Below are positions 50,893 through 59,279 of a stretch of 64,000 nucleotides of DNA, in pieces. The stretch is from Bacteroidales bacterium. Its GTDB lineage: Bacteria > Bacteroidota > Bacteroidia > Bacteroidales > F082. Position numbers and translations under genes: made by a program. Where the stretch lies: assembly GCA_014860665.1 (NCBI GenBank), contig JACZJI010000048.1, forward strand, positions 2,418 to 66,417, written 5' to 3'. The notes under the pieces were generated by a model. It searched no databases, was not told where the DNA came from, and saw nothing but the letters and a program-made list of their open reading frames with translations. Position 1 is the first letter of the stretch. Every line of letters starts with the position of its first letter.

Positions 50893-51792
50893 TTATTCCG
50901 AAGGATATTTATACTCGGCAACCAGCGCACTCAAAGCAAGATTTACCGATTTATTCGCTTTCACGAGCGGGAGTCTCAGATTATTTTTCAGTAATCCCAT
51001 GGCCTCCAGAGCAACCTTCACTCCGGCAGGATTACCATCTGCAAACATCTGGTGGATAATGGGAGTCAGGGAGTAATGAATTTTAAGAGCCTTTTCATAA
51101 TCTCCTGATTTAATATATCTTACCATATCAGAAAAAGGTCTGGGATATGCATTAGCAACCACCGATATCACGCCAGTGGCACCCAATGTCATCATGGGGA
51201 AAGTGATAGCATCATCACCTGAAAACACTTTAAAATCCTCAGGTTTGTCACGAAGAATATCCATAATCTGGGTAAAATTACCAGAGGCTTCTTTAATGGC
51301 AATAATATTATCAAATTCCTGTGCCAGGCTTAACGTAGTTTCCGCTGAAATATTTGAAGCTGTGCGACTTGGTACGTTATACAAAATAATGGGGATCGGA
51401 CTGCTGGCAGCAATGGCTTTAAAATGTCCGTAAAGTCCACGCTGATTTGGCTTGTTATAATAAGGAGCCACGGAAAGAATGGCATCTATTCCATCAAAAT
51501 TAGTCTTCTTTATCTTGCTGACAATAGCTTGTGTACTGTTTCCACCCATTCCCATTACAACAGGAACACGTCCATTCACAGTTTCCATAACTACATCCAT
51601 CACGGCAATCTTCTCGTCTTCAGTCATTGTAGCAGCTTCACTGGTTGTCCCAAGCGCAACAATAAAATCCACGCCCCCTTCTATAATGAAATCAACAAGT
51701 TTTTCCAGACTACCGAAATCTATGGTTCCATAATTATGAAAAGGGGTCACAATGGCTACCCCGGTCCCGTCCAGTTTTGTATTGTATTTCAT
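50893..51792 (-). CDS. dapA: 4-hydroxy-tetrahydrodipicolinate synthase
   Basis: AIVTPF, LGTTSE, PYYNKP, LYNVPSRT, IKEASG, SGDD and NPAGVK. Confidence 0.98.
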   Translation of the reverse strand: MKYNTKLDGTGVAIVTPFHNYGTIDFGSLEKLVDFIIEGGVDFIVALGTTSEAATMTEDEKIAVMDVVMETVNGRVPVVMGMGGNSTQAIVSKIKKTNFDGIDAILSVAPYYNKPNQRGLYGHFKAIAASSPIPIILYNVPSRTASNISAETTLSLAQEFDNIIAIKEASGNFTQIMDILRDKPEDFKVFSGDDAITFPMMTLGATGVISVVANAYPRPFSDMVRYIKSGDYEKALKIHYSLTPIIHQMFADGNPAGVKVALEAMGLLKNNLRLPLVKANKSVNLALSALVAEYKYPSE

Positions 51793-52319
51793 AAGTTTAT
51801 GTTGATGTTTAGTTGTGAAAAATAGTGTTTTACCTGTTCATAAAATATGCCAAATTCCAACTTCTCGCCCGGCTTTCCAAGAACCATATCAAAATACGGC
51901 TCAGCTTCAGGGAAATTAGGCCCTACCTTTATTTTTGCCTTTATATCTTTTATTAAACGTTTGCTTTTTTCCCGGTCTTCTTTTGCAAAGCTTATCAGCA
52001 TATCAAACTCATGAGTTCCCAACCACTCTTTGAGAGCAGCACCCTTCTGTCTGAACAGCTTAAAATCTTTTTTTCCTACCAAAAAAAGAGAACCGTTTCC
52101 AGGGACAGGTTCCGGCAACTTCCCAAAGTAATACACCACAACTTCAACCTCCTTAATCTCGCCTTTTGCAACAGAAACAAATGACAAAATCCTCTGGTAA
52201 TCGTCCTTGCTCTCCGCTTCAAAAAATAAACAAAGTCTTGAAATCTGTCTATAGGCTCCAATTTGCACCTCTTCAATATTTTGATTCGACACAGAGGTAG
52301 CGCTACTCTTTACACTCAT
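51789..52319 (-). CDS. Conserved hypothetical protein upstream of dapA (DUF6913-like)
   Basis: Overlaps the dapA start (ATGA) and has the FDMLI, AKIKVG and FDM motifs. The DUF number is recalled, not searched. Confidence 0.65.
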   Translation of the reverse strand: MSVKSSATSVSNQNIEEVQIGAYRQISRLCLFFEAESKDDYQRILSFVSVAKGEIKEVEVVVYYFGKLPEPVPGNGSLFLVGKKDFKLFRQKGAALKEWLGTHEFDMLISFAKEDREKSKRLIKDIKAKIKVGPNFPEAEPYFDMVLGKPGEKLEFGIFYEQVKHYFSQLNININL

Positions 52320-52449
52320 CTTCTTGTTAAGCGGGTTTATTTTTAAATTCCTGTTCTCCTAATCGAAATGTAAAACTAACAAAGTTTTCAATAGCTACTA
52401 AAAATAAAATACCTTTGGCTGAAAAAATCAGAATAAAGTAGGCTTTTTC

Positions 52450-53211
52450 ATGAAAGTAACGTTTTTAGGGACAGGAACTTCACAAGGAATCCCGGTAGTA
52501 GGTTGTAAGTGTGAAGTTTGTACAAAAGGAGCTAAAAAGGATAACCGACTCCGTACTTCAGTGATGATTACCCAGAACAATACACAAATCAATATAGATG
52601 CTGGTCCCGATTTCAGATATCAAATGCTACGCGCTCATGTCGACAAACTGGACGCCATCATCATAACTCACTGTCACAAAGATCATATTGCCGGGCTGGA
52701 TGACATTCGCTCTTTTAATTATCTCTATAAAAAAGCCATGGACATTTATGCCATGCCTCGCGATCAGGAAGCCATTAAAAGGGAATTTTCTTATGCCTTT
52801 GATGAAATGCCCTATCCCGGCGTTCCTGATATGAATTTAATTGATATGTCTGAGGAACCTTTTACAATAGGTGATCTTGAAATTATTCCCCTCCCTGTGA
52901 TGCATGCCAAGATGAAAGTAATGGGTTTCCGTATTGGTGATTTTTCCTATGTGACCGACGCCAACTATATTCCCGAAGAGACAATGAATAAAATGACCGG
53001 CAGCAAAGTAGTTGTCATTAATGCTTTACGTAAAAAACACCATGCTTCACACTTTAATCTGGAAGAAGCACTGGAAGTATTGAAAAAACTTCATCCTGAA
53101 AAAGGATATATCACCCACATCAGTCACATGATGGGATTACAAGCAGATGTAGAAAAGGATTTGCCTTCCTTTGTGGAGCTTGCTTACGACGGACTTGAAC
53201 TGGAATTGTAG
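52450..53211 (+). CDS. MBL-fold metallo-hydrolase (PhnP/YycJ-like)
   Basis: FLGTGTSQGIP..C.C..C, THCHKDHIAGLDDIR, MHA, YVTDA, HASH and THISH. Confidence 0.93.
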   Translation: MKVTFLGTGTSQGIPVVGCKCEVCTKGAKKDNRLRTSVMITQNNTQINIDAGPDFRYQMLRAHVDKLDAIIITHCHKDHIAGLDDIRSFNYLYKKAMDIYAMPRDQEAIKREFSYAFDEMPYPGVPDMNLIDMSEEPFTIGDLEIIPLPVMHAKMKVMGFRIGDFSYVTDANYIPEETMNKMTGSKVVVINALRKKHHASHFNLEEALEVLKKLHPEKGYITHISHMMGLQADVEKDLPSFVELAYDGLELEL

Positions 53212-53217
53212 AAAGGC

Positions 53218-55155
53218 TCAATGTCTTGGGACAGAAAGCACCACAATTTCCGTACGCCTGTTTTTAGCCCTGCCTTCAGTTGTAGTATTATCAGCTACCG
53301 GCAGGGTATTTCCGTATCCCTTGCAAGTAAGTCTTGATGAGGAAATGCCTCTCATTACAAGATAATCATACACAGCTTTGGCCCTGTCAAGCGACAATTT
53401 CAGATTGTAAGCTGCTGTTCCCACATTGTCTGTAAACCCGGATATCTGAACATGTATACCATCGTTCTGCTTCAGGAACAACACAAGCCTGTTCAGCTCT
53501 GGAAAGGCAGCAGAACTCAACTCCGATTCATCAAACTTAAAGTAGATGTTCTCCAGCCGGATGCGATTTCCGGCAGCAACAGCCTGCAACATGATGTTTT
53601 CATGAATTTTCTTTGCCGTTGTATCATTGACCAGGTCAAAATTATCTGAATAAAACAGATAGCCTTTTCTGTAAACATGTAATGCAAAATTCTCTTTAAG
53701 CGGGAGTGCCATCATAAACTTACCATTTACGTCGGATATCAGAGAATCTACTACCCTTCCTCCCGGTAAGGTACTTAGAACTGCTGTTGCCCTCAATGGA
53801 AGATGAGTAGCACTATCCAGAACGTCTGCTGTCAGGATATCAACTTTTCCGGGTTTGATTCCTTTGCCCGGAGCAAATTCAAAAATATCGTAACCTTTAT
53901 CCGGATATCGGTCTGATGAAATCCATGCATATTTTCCATTCGGAGCAACGAAAATATTAATCTCGTTATGTTTAGTATTGACAGGATATCCAAGATTTTT
54001 TGCTTTTGACCAGGTACCGTCCGATTTTCTATGGGAAACAAAAAGATCGTAGCCCCCCAAACCTGGCCATCCGTCAGAAGCAAAATAAAGCGTTTTCCCA
54101 TCTGCATGCAGGAATGGCGCTACTTCATTTCCTGTCGTATTGATACTGTCACCCAGGTTCTTGGGCTCCCCCCATAATCCGTCCTTTTGCATTTTCGAAA
54201 CCCACAGATCAGAGCCCCCTTTTCCTCCGGCCCTTCTGGAGGCAAAATAAAGATAACGTCCATCCGATGATACCACTGCTTGTGAATCCCAGGCACTGGT
54301 ATTAACAGCCTGATTCAGGTGAACTGGGGTCGACCAGAAAGCACCATCATGATGACTGACATAAATGTCACAACTACCGTTTCCACCGGGCCAGTAACAT
54401 CCTGTAAAGTAAAGGGATCGACCATCCATCGAGAAACTTACGGCACCCATATTGGAATTATCCGGCCACGAAAACCCCATCTTCTCCGGTACTTCCCAAT
54501 GATGATTTTTTCTTTCCGAAACGAAGACCCCTTCTGTGTAGACAGGTCGTTGCTGTGTTCCAATATTTTCCGTCTCTTTACGGGTAAATATCAGTCGGGT
54601 ATTCTCTTCAGTCACAAAGTTCACATATTCAGAACCGAACGAATTAATCAGACTATCTAACGCATGGACTGGTTCTGGATCAGGATGAGATACAGCCCAG
54701 GCAGAAAAACGACAGCTTTCCAGCAGATGCTCCGCCTCCTGTCTTTGTTTTCCCATGGGATGTTCCAGGCTTAAAAAACGGCTTACAGAAAAAGCTCCAT
54801 CAGCGTATTCCCCTTGTTGGTATTGCAATCGCGCCAGCAGGTACCAGGCCTTGGGGTACCTGGCAGAATCAATATTCAATGCCTTCTTGTAAGCTTTTTC
54901 TGCTTCCGGCAACTGCTTCATTTCAGTCTGCAAATCCCCAAGTAAAAGGTATGCATCCACAAAAGTTTTATCGCAGCCTATGCTTTTCAATAGGTATTTA
55001 TTAGCTTCAGAAAGATTATTGGAACGATACTCTTGCAAAGCTTTATCAAACAATGCCTGCGCCCTTTTATCCGGAACAGGTAAAGTGTTCTGAGCCTGAC
55101 TAAAAGACGTTAAAGTCAGGAAAAACAACAACCATATAGATATTTTGTACTTCAG
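53218..55155 (-). CDS. TPR + PD40 beta-propeller + OmpA-domain protein (PorE-like)
   Basis: N-terminal TPRs, PD40 repeats (SSDGRYLYFAS, ADGKTLYFAS) and the OmpA motif ISGFTDNVG..YNLKLSLDRA..NRRTE. The track start is TTG 55131; a CTG at 55155 gives a complete signal peptide. Confidence 0.88.
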   Translation of the reverse strand: MKYKISIWLLFFLTLTSFSQAQNTLPVPDKRAQALFDKALQEYRSNNLSEANKYLLKSIGCDKTFVDAYLLLGDLQTEMKQLPEAEKAYKKALNIDSARYPKAWYLLARLQYQQGEYADGAFSVSRFLSLEHPMGKQRQEAEHLLESCRFSAWAVSHPDPEPVHALDSLINSFGSEYVNFVTEENTRLIFTRKETENIGTQQRPVYTEGVFVSERKNHHWEVPEKMGFSWPDNSNMGAVSFSMDGRSLYFTGCYWPGGNGSCDIYVSHHDGAFWSTPVHLNQAVNTSAWDSQAVVSSDGRYLYFASRRAGGKGGSDLWVSKMQKDGLWGEPKNLGDSINTTGNEVAPFLHADGKTLYFASDGWPGLGGYDLFVSHRKSDGTWSKAKNLGYPVNTKHNEINIFVAPNGKYAWISSDRYPDKGYDIFEFAPGKGIKPGKVDILTADVLDSATHLPLRATAVLSTLPGGRVVDSLISDVNGKFMMALPLKENFALHVYRKGYLFYSDNFDLVNDTTAKKIHENIMLQAVAAGNRIRLENIYFKFDESELSSAAFPELNRLVLFLKQNDGIHVQISGFTDNVGTAAYNLKLSLDRAKAVYDYLVMRGISSSRLTCKGYGNTLPVADNTTTEGRAKNRRTEIVVLSVPRH

Positions 55156-55258
55156 CTTTAAACTGTTTTTGCAAAACTATGAAAAGATTATGCGCTTTAT
55201 TGGGCAGGTTCCAAAAACTATAAGATTGTACATTTCTTTATCAATCCATAAAAAATCT

Positions 55259-55909
55259 CTAAGGAATCCTCATGTACTTGTGCGACTGTAAAGAAATACG
55301 CCACTGGGGATGGTCCATCACGTACTGGGTCAGCGTATCCATAATTCTTTCTGCAACACTCCATTCAGGCTGGAGGAACAGTTTGCATTCGGGAGAGACA
55401 TAAACGGCATTCTTTTCAGCCCATTCCAAATCAGCTTTGGTCTGGATGATCACCTTCAGTTCCTGAGCACGGACATAAATATCTTTTCTTGGCGGCACAT
55501 TTTTCTTAGGTGACAGGCAAATCCAGTCCCAAGCTCCTGTCAATGGGTAAGCACCGGAGGTCTCAAGCATGGTTGTAATTCCTTTTTCCTTCAGAGAAGC
55601 TGTAAAAATATCCAGTTGATACAGCGATGGCTCTCCTCCGGTCACTACTACCGTTTTGGCAGGGTGCTGCAATGCTCTTTCCACCACTTCTTCAACGGGA
55701 ATTGGCGGGAAAAGGCTGGCATTCCAGGTTTCCTTGCTGTCGCACCAGGCACAGCCCACATCACATCCACCGAGGCGGATAAAATAAGCAGCTCTCCCCA
55801 TATTGAATCCTTCACCCTGGAGTGTATAAAACTCTTCCATCACCGGCAGTTTTCTGCCTCCTTCCAACAACCCTGTTTCAGGAACTTTCATGGACACCTG
55901 ATTTCTCAA
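55259..55909 (-). CDS. queE: 7-carboxy-7-deazaguanine synthase (radical SAM)
   Basis: EEFYTLQGEG, FIRLGGCDVGCAWCD, VTGGEP, ETSG, SPK, LQPEW and QSHK. Confidence 0.93.
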   Translation of the reverse strand: MRNQVSMKVPETGLLEGGRKLPVMEEFYTLQGEGFNMGRAAYFIRLGGCDVGCAWCDSKETWNASLFPPIPVEEVVERALQHPAKTVVVTGGEPSLYQLDIFTASLKEKGITTMLETSGAYPLTGAWDWICLSPKKNVPPRKDIYVRAQELKVIIQTKADLEWAEKNAVYVSPECKLFLQPEWSVAERIMDTLTQYVMDHPQWRISLQSHKYMRIP

Positions 55910-55983
55910 TTTTTAAAATTAACAACAATCTTTCCTGCAAGAAGTAAATTCTTCAGGGCAACCTGCCTATTCTTCATTAAAGG

Positions 55984-56883
55984 CTATTTATAAATTTCTT
56001 TCTTATGTGCCAGAAGTGTGTTCTTCAGAAGCATGGCAATGGTCATCGGGCCTACGCCACCCGGAACCGGGGTTATATAGGAAGCTTTTTTGGATACTTC
56101 ATCATAATCCACATCCCCCACAATCCTGTAACCTTTTTCTTTAGTATCATCCGGCAAACGGTGGATGCCCACATCAATCACTACCACACCCTCTTTTACC
56201 ATGCCGGCTTTCACAAACTGTGGTACCCCGATGGCGCAAATCAGCACATCTGCCGATTGGGTGATTTCTTCCAGGTTCTGAGTGCGACTGTGGCAAACAG
56301 TCACTGTGGCGTTGGCGTGAGGACCTTTCTGAGAAAGCAGGATGCTGATAGGTCTGCCCACAATGTTGGAGCGTCCGAGCACCACCACATGCTTTCCTTC
56401 AAGCTCAACTCCATAATTTTTCAGCAGTTCTACAATACCGAAAGGTGTTGCGGAAAGGTAAGCAGGTTTTCCAAGCACCATATTTCCCACGTTGATGGGT
56501 GTAAATCCGTCCACATCCTTGGCGGGATTGATGGCGTTGATCACCTTTTCTTCTGAAATATGCTTGGGAAGCGGCAACTGCACGATAAATCCATCCACCT
56601 CGTCATCGTTGTTGAGGTAATTGACAACCTCCAGCAGTTCTTTTTCAGTAGTATTTTCGGGGAGCCTGTAAATCGAAGAGACTATTCCCACGGCATGGGC
56701 TGCCTTTTCTTTTCCGTTTACATAGGTTTGACTGGCAGGATCATCTCCCACTAAAACTGCAGCGAGATGAGGCGCTTTATCGTGATGGTCAATCAGATGA
56801 GCAACTTCTTCTTTAATTTCTTCCTTAATCTTAGCAGACACCAAACGGCCGTCAATGATAATGGTTTCGTTTTTCTTTGCCAT
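55984..56883 (-). CDS. folD: Bifunctional methylenetetrahydrofolate dehydrogenase/cyclohydrolase
   Basis: YVNGKEKA, VQLPLP, KDVDGF, GRSNIVGRP, IDVGI and TPVPGGVGPMT. Confidence 0.98.
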   Translation of the reverse strand: MAKKNETIIIDGRLVSAKIKEEIKEEVAHLIDHHDKAPHLAAVLVGDDPASQTYVNGKEKAAHAVGIVSSIYRLPENTTEKELLEVVNYLNNDDEVDGFIVQLPLPKHISEEKVINAINPAKDVDGFTPINVGNMVLGKPAYLSATPFGIVELLKNYGVELEGKHVVVLGRSNIVGRPISILLSQKGPHANATVTVCHSRTQNLEEITQSADVLICAIGVPQFVKAGMVKEGVVVIDVGIHRLPDDTKEKGYRIVGDVDYDEVSKKASYITPVPGGVGPMTIAMLLKNTLLAHKKEIYK

Positions 56884-56957
56884 AGGATGATACTTGTTTT
56901 ATTTAAACTTTGATTTAATTATGCAGACAAACCGTTGAGCCAGTTTTTCACTAAGAA

Positions 56958-58286
56958 TTATCTTCTGCCCCCCATCATGTTCATCATAGCCTTTCCCCTG
57001 CCTGATGTCATCAGTTTCATCATTTTACTGGTTTCGCCGAACTGCTTGATCAGGCGGTTGACTTCCTGAATAGTAGTCCCGCTTCCGTCCGCTATTCTTT
57101 TTCGCCTTGAACCATTCAGAATCTTAGGATTGGCGCGCTCATCCGGTGTCATAGAGTGAATGATGGCTTCGATGCCTTTGAAAGCATCATCATCGATATC
57201 CAAATCCCTGACAGCTTTACTCATACCCGGAATCATCCCCATCAAATCCTTGACATTACCCATCTTCTTGATTTGCTGAATTTGTTTCAGAAAATCATCG
57301 TAATTGAACTGGTCCTTGGCAATTTTCTTTTGCAGCCTTCGTGCTTCTTCTTCATCATACTGTTCCTGTGCCTTCTCCACCAGAGTCACAATGTCACCCA
57401 TGCCCAGGATACGGTCGGCCATACGGGCGGGGTGGAACAAATCGAGAGCATCCATCTTTTCGCCGATACCGACAAATTTGATAGGTTTTTCGACCACTGA
57501 GCGGATAGTCAAAGCAGCACCGCCACGGGTATCACCATCAAGTTTGGTAAGCACCACACCATCGAAACCCAGCTGGTCATTAAAGCTTTTGGCAGTATTT
57601 ACGGCATCCTGACCAGTCATGGCATCCACAACAAACAAAGTCTCCTGCGGACTGATGGCCTTTTTCACAGCTGCAATTTCTTTCATCATGGCTTCATCGA
57701 CAGCCAAACGACCAGCAGTATCGACAATCACCACATTTTTATCATTGTTTCTTGCGTGCTTGACAGCATTTTTAGCAATTTCGACTGGATTTATATTACC
57801 TTCTTCGGTGTAAACCTCACAACCTACCTGGCCACCCAACACTTTCAACTGGTCGATTGCAGCGGGACGGTATACGTCACCAGCTACCAAAAGCACCTTT
57901 CTTCCTTTTTTGCTTTTCAGATAACTCGCAAGCTTGGCAGAGAATGTAGTTTTACCGGAACCTTGCAGACCTGCAATTAAGATGACGGCCGGACTTCCCT
58001 TGATATTTATGTCCTCCTGACTGCCACCCATCAACTCCGCCAGCTCATCGTGAACAATTTTCACCATGAGTTCGCCCGGTTTAACGGCGGTAAGCACATC
58101 CATTCCCAACGCTTTTTCTTTCACATCGTCTGTGAACTGCTTGGCAATCTTATAACTTACGTCGGCTTCGATCAACGCTTTCCGGATCTCTTTAACAGAT
58201 TCCGCCACATTGATTTCTGTAATCCGTCCCTGACCTTTTAAAATCTTAAATGACCGGTCCAGCCGATCGCTCAATCCTTCAAACAT
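56958..58286 (-). CDS. ffh: Signal recognition particle protein Ffh
   Basis: GLQGSGKTT, DVYRPAA, DTAGR, TKLDGDTRGGAALT, RMADRILGMGD and a Met-rich C-terminus. Confidence 0.99.
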   Translation of the reverse strand: MFEGLSDRLDRSFKILKGQGRITEINVAESVKEIRKALIEADVSYKIAKQFTDDVKEKALGMDVLTAVKPGELMVKIVHDELAELMGGSQEDINIKGSPAVILIAGLQGSGKTTFSAKLASYLKSKKGRKVLLVAGDVYRPAAIDQLKVLGGQVGCEVYTEEGNINPVEIAKNAVKHARNNDKNVVIVDTAGRLAVDEAMMKEIAAVKKAISPQETLFVVDAMTGQDAVNTAKSFNDQLGFDGVVLTKLDGDTRGGAALTIRSVVEKPIKFVGIGEKMDALDLFHPARMADRILGMGDIVTLVEKAQEQYDEEEARRLQKKIAKDQFNYDDFLKQIQQIKKMGNVKDLMGMIPGMSKAVRDLDIDDDAFKGIEAIIHSMTPDERANPKILNGSRRKRIADGSGTTIQEVNRLIKQFGETSKMMKLMTSGRGKAMMNMMGGRR

Positions 58287-58385
58287 AGTAACTGAATTTT
58301 AGGCTGCAAAATTAATAAAAAGAAGGTTTCGAAAAAGGGTAAAAGAGAGGCTGTAAAATTACACGGTGGAAAGGTAAAAAACAGC

Positions 58386-58838
58386 CTAAAAAACGTCTTT
58401 AATTTCAAAGTGTTGCCCATTCATTTCAAAACTGTCTCCTGACTTGGCGTTCTCCATTGCCTTAAAAACAGGGGCATGATAAGAAATGGCGTAATAGGAA
58501 ATCCCTCCTGATTCAAACTTACCCATACCCGTGGAAACAAAGATATTTTGCTTGTCGGTGATGACTACTGCACCGAACTGCACGCTATCCAGAAGTTTGT
58601 CAGGCTGGATACGTTCCAGAGCAATCATCATGCTGGTTGTTTTTTTGTATTGCTCAGAGTAGAGTTCGTGCTGCCGCATCAGCTTGGTACGATACGGATC
58701 ATATCGGTCCTTGGGAGCACCGTATTCGCTGGACAAACGCAGAGCTTCATTCATCTCAAACTCAAGTTGCAGCAATGTTTCATTGAGTTTGGCTTTACAA
58801 TCTGCAAGAATTTGTTCCTTTAAAGCTGTCTTGTCCAT
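58386..58838 (-). CDS. GreA/GreB-like hypothetical protein (Bacteroidota)
   Basis: An N-terminal coiled coil followed by VQFGAVV..FVS.GMG..AIS..APV.KAM..AK.GD.F, which resembles the Gre-factor C-domain. Confidence 0.65.
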   Translation of the reverse strand: MDKTALKEQILADCKAKLNETLLQLEFEMNEALRLSSEYGAPKDRYDPYRTKLMRQHELYSEQYKKTTSMMIALERIQPDKLLDSVQFGAVVITDKQNIFVSTGMGKFESGGISYYAISYHAPVFKAMENAKSGDSFEMNGQHFEIKDVF

Positions 58839-59005
58839 GGTGCTTTTTCTGCAAAGTTAATACAACTATTGGGGAAATATTCTGGATTAAATCTAAACTT
58901 ACAAATTGAAGCTATGTCAAATAGGGCAACCGTTAATAGTTTTTCTAAAACGAATTTTAATCCGTGTCCGTAAACATGTAAAATTCCAACAACTTCATCA
59001 ATTAA

Positions 59006-59251
59006 TCACACCTTGTCGATGCGTCCTTTTGTCAGATTTTTATATCCCTTTATCCCGCCATATGCTGCTCCCAAGCCCAGCAAGATAAATAAACCCCCAC
59101 CTATCGGAGCACCTCCGCCACTTGTATTACCACTGTCTCCCGTACCGGAAGGCGGAGGAGGAGGTGTATCCGTTTGAGCGGATGCTTTATAAGGTGATGA
59201 TGACATAAATAGAAATAAGGAAATTACCGAAATTATAACTCTCTTTTTCAT
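59006..59251 (-). CDS. Small secreted peptide with a PID-CTERM-like C-terminal sorting/anchor segment
   Basis: 81 aa: signal peptide, Q-TDT-PPPPP and a Gly/Ser linker, then APIGGGLFILLGLGAAYGGIKGYK (P-I-x-GG, TM helix, basic tail). Confidence 0.8.
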   Translation of the reverse strand: MKKRVIISVISLFLFMSSSPYKASAQTDTPPPPPSGTGDSGNTSGGGAPIGGGLFILLGLGAAYGGIKGYKNLTKGRIDKV

Positions 59252-59279
59252 AATATTTTTTGTTACTTTTTAAAACTTT

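Noticed and set aside
55910-56957. preQ1 riboswitch before queE, or ZTP riboswitch before folD
   Set aside because: The gaps are about 74 bp and lack the aptamer consensus; only incidental short stems are present.
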